Made by a program: the position numbers and the translations under genes. Shown piece after piece: positions 55,601-64,000 of a DNA stretch of 64,000 bases. Under the pieces are notes generated by a model. The model worked only from the letters and a program-made list of their open reading frames with translations, was not told the origin of the DNA and did no database searches. The DNA comes from Bacteriovoracia bacterium (GTDB lineage: Bacteria > Bdellovibrionota > UBA1018 > JBFWNL01): assembly GCA_050251055.1 (NCBI GenBank), contig JBFWNL010000011.1:44412-108411 (forward strand), written 5' to 3'. Each line of letters begins with the position of its first letter. Within the stretch, counting starts at the first letter, position 1.

Positions 55601-55966
55601 TCAGCTAAAAGCCTTCTTCCAAAGATCTTCCTTAAAACCCACTAGCCCCTTAGCGCGATGGCCTGAGCCCACGACGAAGGGGCGTTTCACGAGTTTTCCG
55701 TGCTGCGACAAAAGCTTCAGGGCCTCACCTTCCGACATCGTCTTCAGTTTGTCGCCAAGCTTCATTTCACGGTACATCTGACCCGAGGTGTTAAAAAGTT
55801 TTCGCACGTCGCCGGTCTCGTTCAGCATCGCCCTGAGTTCCGACAGAGTCGGGGGCTGATCCACGATCGGAATTTTCTCGAAGGAAACTTTCTTCTTCTC
55901 TAAAAATCCGTAGGCCTTGCGACAGGTCGAGCACTTTTCATAACCATAGACTTTGATTTGCGACAT
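55601..55966 (-). CDS. ArsC/Spx/YffB family thioredoxin-fold protein
   Basis: CSTCRKA, LFNTSG..YR, LVKRP. Confidence 0.9.
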   Translation of the reverse strand: MSQIKVYGYEKCSTCRKAYGFLEKKKVSFEKIPIVDQPPTLSELRAMLNETGDVRKLFNTSGQMYREMKLGDKLKTMSEGEALKLLSQHGKLVKRPFVVGSGHRAKGLVGFKEDLWKKAFS

Positions 55967-56016
55967 GGGTGGACCTTAACTCAACTCTCCAAAAGAACCC
56001 ACCTCTTCAAAAGCAA

Positions 56017-56046
56017 GAAGGGCGATGGTGTTACCCATCGCCCTTC
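56017..56046 (-). terminator. Rho-independent terminator after the Pro-rich lipoprotein gene
   Basis: 12-bp stem GAAGGGCGATGG / CCATCGCCCTTC with 6-nt loop; T-rich tails on both strands. Confidence 0.8.
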
Positions 56047-56074
56047 CATTTTTACTGACTAGCCTACGAGAGAA

Positions 56075-58570
56075 CTACTTGTTGTCTCTCGGCTTCGGTC
56101 CAGGCTTAGGGCCGGGCTTCGGTCCAGGGTTCGGAGCCGGTTGAGGCTTCGGATCTGGGCGAGGCTGAGGGCGTGGCTCAGGACGCGGTTGCGGCTGGGG
56201 CTGCGGACGCGGCTCAGGTCTCGGTTGAGGCTGAGGTTGCGGCCGTGGCTCAGGGCGCGGTTGCGGCTGAGGCTTCGGCTCTGGGCGCGGTTGCGGCTGA
56301 GGCTGAGGCTTCGGCTCTGGACGCGGTTGCGGCTGAGGCTGAGGCTTCGGCTCTGGGCGCGGTTGCGGCTGAGGCTGAGGCTTCGGCTCTGGACGCGGTT
56401 GCGGCTGAGGCTGAGGCTTCGGCTCTGGACGCGGTTGCGGCTGAGGCTTCGGCTCTGGACGCGGTTGCGGCTGAGGCTGAGGCTTCGGCTCAGGGCGCGG
56501 TTGCGGCTGAGGCTGAGGCTTCGGCTCAGGGCGCGGTTGCGGCTGAGGCTGAGGCTTCGGCTCAGGGCGCGGTTGCGGCTGAGGCTGAGGCTTCGGCTCT
56601 GGACGCGGTTGCGGCTGAGGCTGAGGCTTCGGCTCTGGACGCGGTTGCGGCTGAGGCTGAGGCTTCGGCTCTGGACGCGGTTGCGGCTGAGGCTGAGGCT
56701 TCGGCTCTGGACGCGGCTCGGGCTTCGGTCCAGGACCTGGGCCGGGATTCGGCCGGGGTTCTGGACGTGGCTTCGGCTCGGGCCGTGGCTCAGGCTTCGG
56801 TCCAGGACCTGGGCCGGGATTCGGCCGAGGCTCCGGGCGAGGCTTGGGGCCAGGTCCTGGCTTCGGCTCAGGACGAGGTCCCGGGCCAGGCTGCGGACGC
56901 GGCTCAGGCTTCGGACCAGGGCCAGGTCCAGGACCCGGATTTGGCCGAGGTTCTGGGCGTGGCTGAGGCTTCGGCTCTGGACGCGGCTCAGGCTTCCGAG
57001 GAATCGGAGGCTGTGGCCGAGGAGCCGGATCCGGCCTACGAGGCGGAGGTACCGGACGTGGGTTCGGTACTGGCCGTGGAGGCGGAACCGGATGCGGGAT
57101 CGGACGAGGTCTCGGCACCGGGCGCGGAGGCACGGGGTGCGGGATCGGCCGAGGCGGCGGACAGTGATCTCTCACACAACCACTGCCGAACGACCAATGA
57201 TAGCCCGGAGGGCAGTGCGGCCGAGGCGGCGGCACCCACTCACAACGACCATCGATGTAATCCCATACATAGCCAGGACCACAGTAGCGGTAGTTCGGGA
57301 TGCAACGATCTAGGAAAGGATCCCAGTGCTCGTTGAATCCGCAGAAGCGATAACGATCGGTGCTACGGCAGCGTCCTTCGAAGCTGTCCCAGTAGTAACC
57401 GAACGGGCAGTAACCGGGGTTCATCACGCAACGTTGCGCGAAGTTATCCCAATGCGTGCCAATGGGGCAGCTGCGCCAGATCGGGCGGCAGTCGCGGAGA
57501 TCCCAGTCGTACACTTCGCCGAAGCGGCAAGAGAACGAGTCTCTTACGCAACGGTTGTAGAACGAATCCCAGTGGTAGTTGAACGGGCAACGAGGATACC
57601 CGATGGACACGCAACGTCCGAGGTAATCATCGAAGTAGTAGCCTGGTTGGCAGACGATCTCCGGAGGAGGAGCCGGGTACTGCACGCAGTTTCCGCTGGA
57701 GTGATCGTAGTACGTGCCGTCAGGGCAGTTCGTCCCACGTTCCTGCACGCAGTAGCCAAGCGTTTCGTCGTAGTAGTAACCAGCCGGACACGCCTTGCGT
57801 CCTTGGTCTTCATCTTTTTCGACGACGGTCAGCTGGAACTGGCGGTAGGTTTCCGTGCCGAAGTTGTCGGTCAACTTCAGCGAGAACGGGAAGCTCGCCG
57901 CGGTCGTCAGCTTGCCTTTGAGCAAGAAACGAAAACCCGCGTCGTCCGGGGTGATGGTCAAACCTTCCGGAATATAGCCCGTGTACATTTCGCCTTGGTA
58001 AGCGCCGTCAGCCGCGATGCTTTCCTGATCGATATCGATCGAGGTCTGGTACATCTGATTGACGACGGCTTCCGGCAAGTAGCGGGCCGTCTTGAACTTA
58101 GGATAAACCAGGTCTTGGGTGTCATCCGCGATGTAGCAGAGCTCCTTCGACTTGACATAGCCTTCCGGCGTTGTCGCCGAGAGCGAGAAGCACCACTGTC
58201 CCGTGAACTTCGGAGAACCGAAGATCAGGAGAGTGCCGCCCGTGGTTTCTTCCAAGCTCAAGCCAGCGGGAATCGACGAATAAATCACTTCCCACTTCAC
58301 GGGGCCGGTGATTTCAACGCCGCTCAGCTGGAGTTCAGCTTCCGAGTAAGCACCATAAGTCACGCGGAGATCTTCGTCGTTGAAGGTGATGTCCATACCC
58401 ATGGACGAGCCATCAACCACCGGTTGCTCATCGCCAGCAATGGCGGTGGGAACCGGGTTTGCGTATCCCGCGGAATTACAGCTGCTCGCGATCGTAGTGA
58501 ACGCAAACCCGAACATCGTCAGGATTGCGCTCCAACGAGCGAATCTGTCTTTCCTTTCTTTCCTGCTCAT
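56075..58570 (-). CDS. Large lipoprotein: two Ig-like domains, ten Cys/aromatic repeats, long Pro-rich tail
   Basis: ATG 58570; IASSC lipobox; IPAGLSL and IPEGLTI He_PIG-like motifs; CPxGxxW/YDxxxxxC repeats; [12 protein letters not shown] repeats. Confidence 0.8.
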   Translation of the reverse strand: MSRKERKDRFARWSAILTMFGFAFTTIASSCNSAGYANPVPTAIAGDEQPVVDGSSMGMDITFNDEDLRVTYGAYSEAELQLSGVEITGPVKWEVIYSSIPAGLSLEETTGGTLLIFGSPKFTGQWCFSLSATTPEGYVKSKELCYIADDTQDLVYPKFKTARYLPEAVVNQMYQTSIDIDQESIAADGAYQGEMYTGYIPEGLTITPDDAGFRFLLKGKLTTAASFPFSLKLTDNFGTETYRQFQLTVVEKDEDQGRKACPAGYYYDETLGYCVQERGTNCPDGTYYDHSSGNCVQYPAPPPEIVCQPGYYFDDYLGRCVSIGYPRCPFNYHWDSFYNRCVRDSFSCRFGEVYDWDLRDCRPIWRSCPIGTHWDNFAQRCVMNPGYCPFGYYWDSFEGRCRSTDRYRFCGFNEHWDPFLDRCIPNYRYCGPGYVWDYIDGRCEWVPPPRPHCPPGYHWSFGSGCVRDHCPPPRPIPHPVPPRPVPRPRPIPHPVPPPRPVPNPRPVPPPRRPDPAPRPQPPIPRKPEPRPEPKPQPRPEPRPNPGPGPGPGPKPEPRPQPGPGPRPEPKPGPGPKPRPEPRPNPGPGPGPKPEPRPEPKPRPEPRPNPGPGPGPKPEPRPEPKPQPQPQPRPEPKPQPQPQPRPEPKPQPQPQPRPEPKPQPQPQPRPEPKPQPQPQPRPEPKPQPQPQPRPEPKPQPQPQPRPEPKPQPQPRPEPKPQPQPQPRPEPKPQPQPQPRPEPKPQPQPQPRPEPKPQPQPQPRPEPKPQPQPRPEPRPQPQPQPRPEPRPQPQPQPRPEPRPQPRPDPKPQPAPNPGPKPGPKPGPKPRDNK
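56160..56715 (-). repeat. Coding tandem repeat, 36-bp unit (some 30-bp), about 15 copies
   Basis: Plus-strand unit GGTTGCGGCTGAGGCTGAGGCTTCGGCTCTGGACGC repeated head to tail with no spacers. Confidence 0.95.
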
Positions 58571-58661
58571 TTTTTCTCCTCTGTCGTTGCATCTTCTGCG
58601 GCCGAACAAGACTATCCTGGTCGGACGCGTCCAAAAAAATGGGAACTTCATGGGTCCCATC

Positions 58662-58677
58662 AGCAAGGGGTATGCCG
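58662..58677 (-). promoter_or_regulatory. Candidate sigma54 promoter for the Cys/Pro-rich lipoprotein
   Basis: Minus strand CGGCATACCCCTTGCT fits GG-N10-GC, about 90 nt upstream of ATG 58570. Confidence 0.65.
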
Positions 58678-58877
58678 TGCCAACCCTTTGGCGCCGATTA
58701 TTTTCATCAGTCATTTCACAGAAATAACGCTGATTCTCTGCGTTAAGTGGCCTTGAAGAATTTTCGCGGAGACTATTTGCACCGCGAAATAGAAGCCATA
58801 CTGGAACCGATTTTTTTTGTCGGTTACCTATGGCACCTTGCTTCTCGCACTTTCGCAAACGTATGATCGCGGACACG

Positions 58878-60239
58878 ATGTCGCCCTTTGACTTAATCCT
58901 GAAAAGCTCGCGAGTGGTCACGCCGAGTGGCGTTCAATCCACTGCGATCGCCGTACGTGCTGGCCGGGTCGAACAGCTACTAGATGCTGGAGCCACCCAA
59001 GCCGCCACTCAGAACGGCGTACCGCTGGAAGACATGGGCGATCGCGTGATCATGCCCGGCTTAGTCGACACCCATGTCCACGTCAACGAGCCCGGCCGCA
59101 CCGACTGGGAAGGCTTCGCCTCCGCCACGCAAGCGGCCGCAGCCGGCGGAATCACCACGCTCGTCGATATGCCCCTCAACTGCATTCCCGTCACGACATC
59201 GTTGCGGGCGTTCGAAACGAAGCTTGCAAGTTTGGGCTCACAGCTCACCGTCGACTGCGGATTTTACGGCGGCGTCGTACCTGGCAACGAACGTGAACTC
59301 ACGCCGATGCTGAAGGCCGGCGTGCTTGGCTTCAAAGCATTCCTCACGCATTCCGGCATCGATGATTTTCCCGACGCCAAACGCGCCGACCTCGCCCGCG
59401 CCATGCCGATCTTAACTCAAGCAAACTCCCCGCTGTTGATTCACGCGGAACTCGAACCCGTCGGTGCCCCCGCCCTAGCCCTTCAAAACCCCCGCCGTTA
59501 TGCGGAATTCGTGGCTTCACGCCCTAAGAGTTGGGAAAACGCGGCCGTGCAGATGATGACGGAACTTTGCGAAAAGCACCGCACGCGCACCCACATCGTT
59601 CACCTTTCTTCGAGCGAAGCGGTCGATACGATCCGTGCCGCGCGCGCGCGCGGGCTTCCCTTCTCCGCCGAAACCTGCCCCCACTACCTGACGTTCGCCG
59701 CCGAAGACATCCCCGACGGCGACACGCGTTTCAAATGCACCCCGCCCATCCGTGAGAAATCCAACCGCGAAAGACTATGGGATGCCTTGATGGCGGGCGA
59801 GATCGATTTCGTGGTCTCGGATCACTCGCCTTGCACAGCAGATCTGAAGCTCTTGGACCGAGGTGACTTCGAAAAAGCCTGGGGGGGCATCTCGTCGCTG
59901 CAGTTCGGTTTGGCCGTGGTTTGGTCCCAGGCGCGCGCGCGGGGGGCCGATCTTTCGAAGCTGGCGCGCTGGATGTGCGAAAACCCCGCCCAGCTCGTGG
60001 GCCTCGAAGGTCACAAAGGCCGTATCGCCCCTGGCTACGACGCCGACCTCGTGGTTTGGGACCCTGACGCCCCTGTTCCAATCGAAAAAACGATGATACA
60101 TCATAAGAATAAGCTCACCCCCTACGAGCACCTGACCGTGACCGGAAAGGTAGAACGAACTTATGTACGCGGACAGCTAGTATATAAGGATGGGGCGTTC
60201 GCTTCGACGCGGGTGGGAAAACCGATTTTGAGAAAGTAA
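58878..60239 (+). CDS. allB: Allantoinase
   Basis: [58 protein letters not shown]. Confidence 0.95.
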   Translation: MSPFDLILKSSRVVTPSGVQSTAIAVRAGRVEQLLDAGATQAATQNGVPLEDMGDRVIMPGLVDTHVHVNEPGRTDWEGFASATQAAAAGGITTLVDMPLNCIPVTTSLRAFETKLASLGSQLTVDCGFYGGVVPGNERELTPMLKAGVLGFKAFLTHSGIDDFPDAKRADLARAMPILTQANSPLLIHAELEPVGAPALALQNPRRYAEFVASRPKSWENAAVQMMTELCEKHRTRTHIVHLSSSEAVDTIRAARARGLPFSAETCPHYLTFAAEDIPDGDTRFKCTPPIREKSNRERLWDALMAGEIDFVVSDHSPCTADLKLLDRGDFEKAWGGISSLQFGLAVVWSQARARGADLSKLARWMCENPAQLVGLEGHKGRIAPGYDADLVVWDPDAPVPIEKTMIHHKNKLTPYEHLTVTGKVERTYVRGQLVYKDGAFASTRVGKPILRK

Positions 60240-60240
60240 A

Positions 60241-61287
60241 TTGGACTCCGTAAAGACCCTCAATCTCGATGGCCTAGTGGACTTGGCCGCCGACAAGGTA
60301 GGCGGGATCGCCCTCTACGCAAGCGACGAGTTTTTCGCCGGCAAGGAAAACCTCCTCAAGCCCGGACGGGGCATTTGGATTGCCGATAAATACACCGACG
60401 ACGGCAAGTGGATGGATGGCTGGGAATCCCGCCGCAAACGTGGCCCTGGTCATGATTACTGCATCCTCCAGCTCGGTATGAGCGGCGTGGTGCACGCGCT
60501 CGATATCGACACGAACTACTTCACGGGCAATTTTCCGCCGTACGCCTCGGTGGATGCGGTTTGCCGCGACGATTTAATCGGCGCCGGCCCACGTGCACTG
60601 GACCAGGCGATCGCCACTCTGAAAGGAACCGACGCCGGCTGGAAAGAAATCCTGCCCAAGTCCGCCCTGCAAGGCTCGTCGCAGAATGTGTTCTCGGTTA
60701 CCTCCCGCGAACGCTGGACGCATCTACGGCTCAACATCTATCCCGATGGTGGCGTCGCGCGACTGAAAGTCCACGGCGTGGTGGTGCCCAATTGGGAGCG
60801 CTTCCAGCCCCATGATCTCGTCGATCTTCTAGCGGTGGAAAACGGCGGCGTTGCCCTCACCTGCAACGACAAGCATTACGGCCAGCCCGACAACCTGACG
60901 CATCCGGGGCGTTCCGTGAATATGGCGGACGGCTGGGAAACCAAGCGCAAACGCGGCGACCTCACCAAACCAGATTGGGCGATCCTGCGCCTGGGACACG
61001 CCGGCCATATTCGCAAAATCGAAGTCGACACGAACTGGTTCAAGGGAAATTACCCGGATCGTTGCTCGATCGAAGCCGCCTACTTGCCTGGTGCCGGAAC
61101 GGCGGAAATCACCGCGCCCTCGGTAAAGTGGACGACCGTTCTCCCGGAGAGCAAATTGCAAGCGCACACGCGGCACTATTTCGAAAAAGAAATCGCGGCA
61201 TCTGGACCTTTCACTCACGTACGGCTCAATATTTTCCCGGATGGCGGTGTCAGCCGGCTGCGCGTCCATGGGACATTGGCGACATAA
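60241..61287 (+). CDS. alc: Allantoicase
   Basis: Two repeats: DGWESRR / DGWETKR and LNIYPDGGVARL / LNIFPDGGVSRL; TTG start. Confidence 0.95.
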   Translation: MDSVKTLNLDGLVDLAADKVGGIALYASDEFFAGKENLLKPGRGIWIADKYTDDGKWMDGWESRRKRGPGHDYCILQLGMSGVVHALDIDTNYFTGNFPPYASVDAVCRDDLIGAGPRALDQAIATLKGTDAGWKEILPKSALQGSSQNVFSVTSRERWTHLRLNIYPDGGVARLKVHGVVVPNWERFQPHDLVDLLAVENGGVALTCNDKHYGQPDNLTHPGRSVNMADGWETKRKRGDLTKPDWAILRLGHAGHIRKIEVDTNWFKGNYPDRCSIEAAYLPGAGTAEITAPSVKWTTVLPESKLQAHTRHYFEKEIAASGPFTHVRLNIFPDGGVSRLRVHGTLAT

Positions 61288-61300
61288 GGAGAGCGGAGCG

Positions 61301-61795
61301 ATGAACCTCAAGCGCATCAATCAGTTTTCCCCCGAAATGGCCCGCGCCGAATTCCTGCGCTGCTGCGGATCCAAGGCCTGGGCCGCCGCCATGGTAGCCA
61401 AGCGCCCGTTCGAAAATGAAACGGCGCTGATGCAGGCGGCCGACGAGACGTGGAATGCCCTCGAACCTGGTGATTGGCTGGAAGCCTTTGCCGCCCACCC
61501 CAAGATCGGCGAAAAGAGCCGCCATAAGGAACACCAAAACACGAAGGATCTCTCGGAAAAGGAGCAAGCGGGCGTGGCGAATGCGGCCGAGCGCACGCTC
61601 CAGCTCCTCGAAACCTACAATCGTGACTACGAGTCAAAGTACGGTTTTATCTTCATCGTCTGCGCCACGGGCAAAACCGGCGAAGAAATGCTGGAACTCA
61701 TCCGCACCCGCATTGCCAATGATCCCGCCAAAGAGTTGCGGGTAGCCGCGGCCGAACAGAGCAAGATCACGCAGCTGCGGCTGCAGAAAATCTAG
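61301..61795 (+). CDS. uraD: OHCU decarboxylase
   Basis: EAFAAHPKIG, YESKYGFIFIVCATG, EQSKITQLRL. Confidence 0.93.
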   Translation: MNLKRINQFSPEMARAEFLRCCGSKAWAAAMVAKRPFENETALMQAADETWNALEPGDWLEAFAAHPKIGEKSRHKEHQNTKDLSEKEQAGVANAAERTLQLLETYNRDYESKYGFIFIVCATGKTGEEMLELIRTRIANDPAKELRVAAAEQSKITQLRLQKI

Positions 61796-61804
61796 GAGCC
61801 GTCC

Positions 61805-62149
61805 ATGAGTGCGATCACGACCCACGTTTTAGATGTCGCCTTAGGAAAGCCCGCCGCGAAGATTTCCGCCACCCTGGAATTTTCGGCAGACCTGGCGAAT
61901 TGGCAGCCCGCCGGAGCCGGAGTTACCAATGAAGACGGCCGCATTAAAGAGCTCCTGGCCGAGCACTTCTTGCTGGCGGTGGGCTACTATCGCCTCACGT
62001 TTCAAACCGGCGAATACTTCCACCGCCGCCAGACTCCGGGCTTCTATCCCATCGTCACCGTGGTGTTTGAAATCAAGGACCCGAAACAACATTATCACGT
62101 TCCGATTTTACTGAGCCCCTATGGCTACTCCACGTACCGCGGCAGCTAG
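61805..62149 (+). CDS. uraH: 5-hydroxyisourate hydrolase
   Basis: ITTHVLD, HYHVP, terminal YSTYRGS. Confidence 0.96.
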   Translation: MSAITTHVLDVALGKPAAKISATLEFSADLANWQPAGAGVTNEDGRIKELLAEHFLLAVGYYRLTFQTGEYFHRRQTPGFYPIVTVVFEIKDPKQHYHVPILLSPYGYSTYRGS

Positions 62150-62192
62150 CCCGCGCGAGCATCTTCACCTCACCTCAACTTAAGGAACCCTC

Positions 62193-63563
62193 ATGTCTAA
62201 GCCAACCGCGTCCGCCAAGCTCCCCACCTCCATCGAGACCGCAAAACTCAAAGCTGTTTTTGGCAAGCTAAGGAAGGCCAACTCCGCCTGGACCGCGCTT
62301 TACCCGGGCGAACGCGAAGAGCGTCAACCGGTGGAAACCCTTTACGGTGGAGCGCATCTGTTTAAGTACGACTCGATTGAAAAGATCGGCGGCCTGGCCC
62401 TCAAAGCGTTCGACGAATACGCGGCCACGCCGGCGGACCTGGATGCCGCTCTCGGTGTCGGCGAGCTCGCCCCGGTCATTCACCGCCGCGTCCGCGACAA
62501 GATCCAACGCGAAGCCGTCGAGGACTTTCGCATCGACTTCGAAGACGGATTCGGCAGCCGACCCGACGCCGAAGAAGACGCCACCGCCGCCTTCGCCGCC
62601 CAGGAGGTCGCCCGTGGCATGCGCGAGGACACGCTTTCACCCTACATCGGCATCCGCATCAAGACCTTCTCGGAAGAGCTCAAGCACCGCGGGATTCGCA
62701 CCCTCGATATCTTTCTCACGACGCTTCTGAAAGCGACGAAAGGGCAGCTGCCGGAGAACTTCGTCGTCACGCTCCCGAAAATCACGGTGCCCGCGCACGT
62801 CGCCGCGCTGGTCGAGCTGCTGGAAGTCCTGGAGAAAAAACACAAGCTAAAGAAAGGCGCGCTGAAGCTAGAGCTGATGATCGAGCACACCGCCTCGCTG
62901 ATCGCGCCGGATGGGTCGTCGAACCTACCCGCGCTGGCTTGGGCAGCCAAGGGACGCTGCACGGGGGCGCACTTTGGCACTTATGACTACACCGCGAGCT
63001 GCAGCATCACCGCCGCTCACCAAACCATGGACCACCCGGCCTGCGATTTCGCGCGCAGCCTCATGAAGGTCGCTTACGGGGGGACGGGGATTTGGCTCTC
63101 AGACGGCGCAACCAATGTGATGCCGGTCGGCCCGCACAAAGCAAGCCCCAACGGGTTATTGACCGAAGCCCAGCGCCGCGAAAACCGCGAGGTCGTGCAT
63201 CGCGCCTGGCGCCTGGGCTACGACCATATCCGGCACTCGCTACGCAACGGCTTTTACCAGGGCTGGGACTTGCATCCAGCGCAACTGCCGATTCGCTACG
63301 CCGCTTGCTATGCGTTTTTCTTGGAAGGCTTAGAGGCCGCCTCCGCGCGCCTGAAGAACTTCATCGAAAAAGCCGCGCAAGCGACCCTGGTCGGCGACGT
63401 CTTCGACGATGCCGCCACCGGCCAGGGCCTGCTCAATTATTTCCTGCGGGCGCTCAACTGCGGCGCGATCACCGAAGAAGAAGTGCTCGCCACCGGACTT
63501 ACGCTGGAAGAGGTGCGCTGGCGCTCGTTCACGAAGATCCTCAACGAGCGCCGCAAGCCCTAG
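62193..63563 (+). CDS. Uncharacterised CitE/HpcH-like TIM-barrel enzyme (DUF6986-like)
   Basis: RIDFEDGFG, TLPK, ELMIE, HFGTYDYTA, LSDGATN, QGWDLHPAQL; last gene of the allantoin operon. Confidence 0.75.
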   Translation: MSKPTASAKLPTSIETAKLKAVFGKLRKANSAWTALYPGEREERQPVETLYGGAHLFKYDSIEKIGGLALKAFDEYAATPADLDAALGVGELAPVIHRRVRDKIQREAVEDFRIDFEDGFGSRPDAEEDATAAFAAQEVARGMREDTLSPYIGIRIKTFSEELKHRGIRTLDIFLTTLLKATKGQLPENFVVTLPKITVPAHVAALVELLEVLEKKHKLKKGALKLELMIEHTASLIAPDGSSNLPALAWAAKGRCTGAHFGTYDYTASCSITAAHQTMDHPACDFARSLMKVAYGGTGIWLSDGATNVMPVGPHKASPNGLLTEAQRRENREVVHRAWRLGYDHIRHSLRNGFYQGWDLHPAQLPIRYAACYAFFLEGLEAASARLKNFIEKAAQATLVGDVFDDAATGQGLLNYFLRALNCGAITEEEVLATGLTLEEVRWRSFTKILNERRKP

Positions 63564-63568
63564 CGCAG

Positions 63569-64000
63569 CTAACGCTGGGCCAGGTACTCTTCTAGCTTAT
63601 CGAACGAGCCTTCCCAGCCCTGGTGCATGCCGCCGCGGGCTTTAATGAAGGTTTCCATCTCCTCCGGCGTGCTGCCTTCGATCGGCTCCCACGTCAAAGC
63701 GACACGCGTCCGATCCGGCCCTTCCTCGTAAAATCGCACGACGGTGATCATCGCCATCGGCCAGGTGGACGCCAGCGGGTGACGCGCCGGCTTTTCGTGC
63801 TCATCGCAGAACTGCTGAACGTATACGATTCGATCGGCGCCGACTTCGCGATAGTCCGCCCGACCATGCATCTTCCCCTCGTTGAAGCTCATCCCATAGA
63901 AAATACTACCACCCACATGGATGTCTGCGCGGAAAAGCTCCATTTCCGAACCTGCCGGTCCCATCCACTTCGATAAGTGCTTAGGGTTCGTCCACATCTC
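63569..64000 (-). CDS. SRPBCC/AHSA1 domain protein, 5' end outside the window
   Basis: WTNPKHLSKWMGP, terminal GMHQGWEGSFDKL. Confidence 0.85.
   Translation of the reverse strand, partial: EMWTNPKHLSKWMGPAGSEMELFRADIHVGGSIFYGMSFNEGKMHGRADYREVGADRIVYVQQFCDEHEKPARHPLASTWPMAMITVVRFYEEGPDRTRVALTWEPIEGSTPEEMETFIKARGGMHQGWEGSFDKLEEYLAQR

Noticed and set aside
55601-55966. Arsenic resistance locus
   Set aside because: Lone ArsC-family protein of the Spx/YffB type; no arsR, arsB or acr3 nearby
56160-56715. 36-bp repeats as a CRISPR array
   Set aside because: Units are contiguous with no unique spacers, lie in frame inside a CDS, and no cas genes are present
56141-57336. Plus-strand ORFs of 390 aa (Arg-Leu repeats) and 387 aa (Ala/Glu-rich)
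   Set aside because: Antisense shadows of the Pro-rich repeat, which lacks stops in those frames; the minus gene has lipobox, promoter and terminator
57326-58756. 476-aa plus-strand ORF
   Set aside because: Antisense to the Cys-rich lipoprotein; no motif; typical of high-GC codon bias
58571-58921. 117-aa N-terminal extension of the 948-aa ORF
   Set aside because: Overlaps allB and the promoter region; the signal peptide begins at ATG 58570
1-64000. tRNA, rRNA, riboswitch, IS element or prophage
   Set aside because: Intergenic gaps are short and I saw no cloverleaf, aptamer, transposase, integrase or phage gene; an Rfam covariance search would be needed to exclude small RNAs

Overview
A gene-dense, GC-rich bacterial chromosome segment with about 59 CDS. 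I see no rRNA, tRNA, CRISPR array, prophage or transposase. Gene content suggests Bdellovibrionota or a related deltaproteobacterial predator (inference). Main blocks: (1) 47-12034, a compact Agl-Glt-type gliding/surface-transport cluster: ExbB-ExbD-ExbD motor, large TPR protein, GltF-, GltG-, GltA- and GltC-like genes, flanked by an unknown Pro-rich/Cys-rich membrane protein and a GYF-PilZ-like protein. (2) 12018-20402 (-), ftsE-ftsX-envC-ctpA-xseA-M23 peptidase-SH3/barrel-nucleotidyltransferase-like operon. (3) 20468-29758, CPBP-tolQRAB-HPt-thiolase-aat converging on clpS-clpA. (4) An orphan CpaF/TadA ATPase facing two PilZ-like paralogs, then pepF. (5) A BMP-type nucleoside ABC transporter coupled to YdbH-like and YnbE/YdbL-like genes, with an HTH regulator and a divergent degenerate sigma54-activator. 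(6) An accessory zone of secreted Cys-rich proteins, NUDIX, SprT and mutS2, including a lipoprotein with Ig-like, Cys-repeat and Pro-repeat regions, and three candidate sigma54 promoters. (7) An allantoin operon (allB-alc-uraD-uraH) ending in an uncharacterised CitE/HpcH-like TIM-barrel enzyme. All family calls come from motif recognition only; no searches were run.
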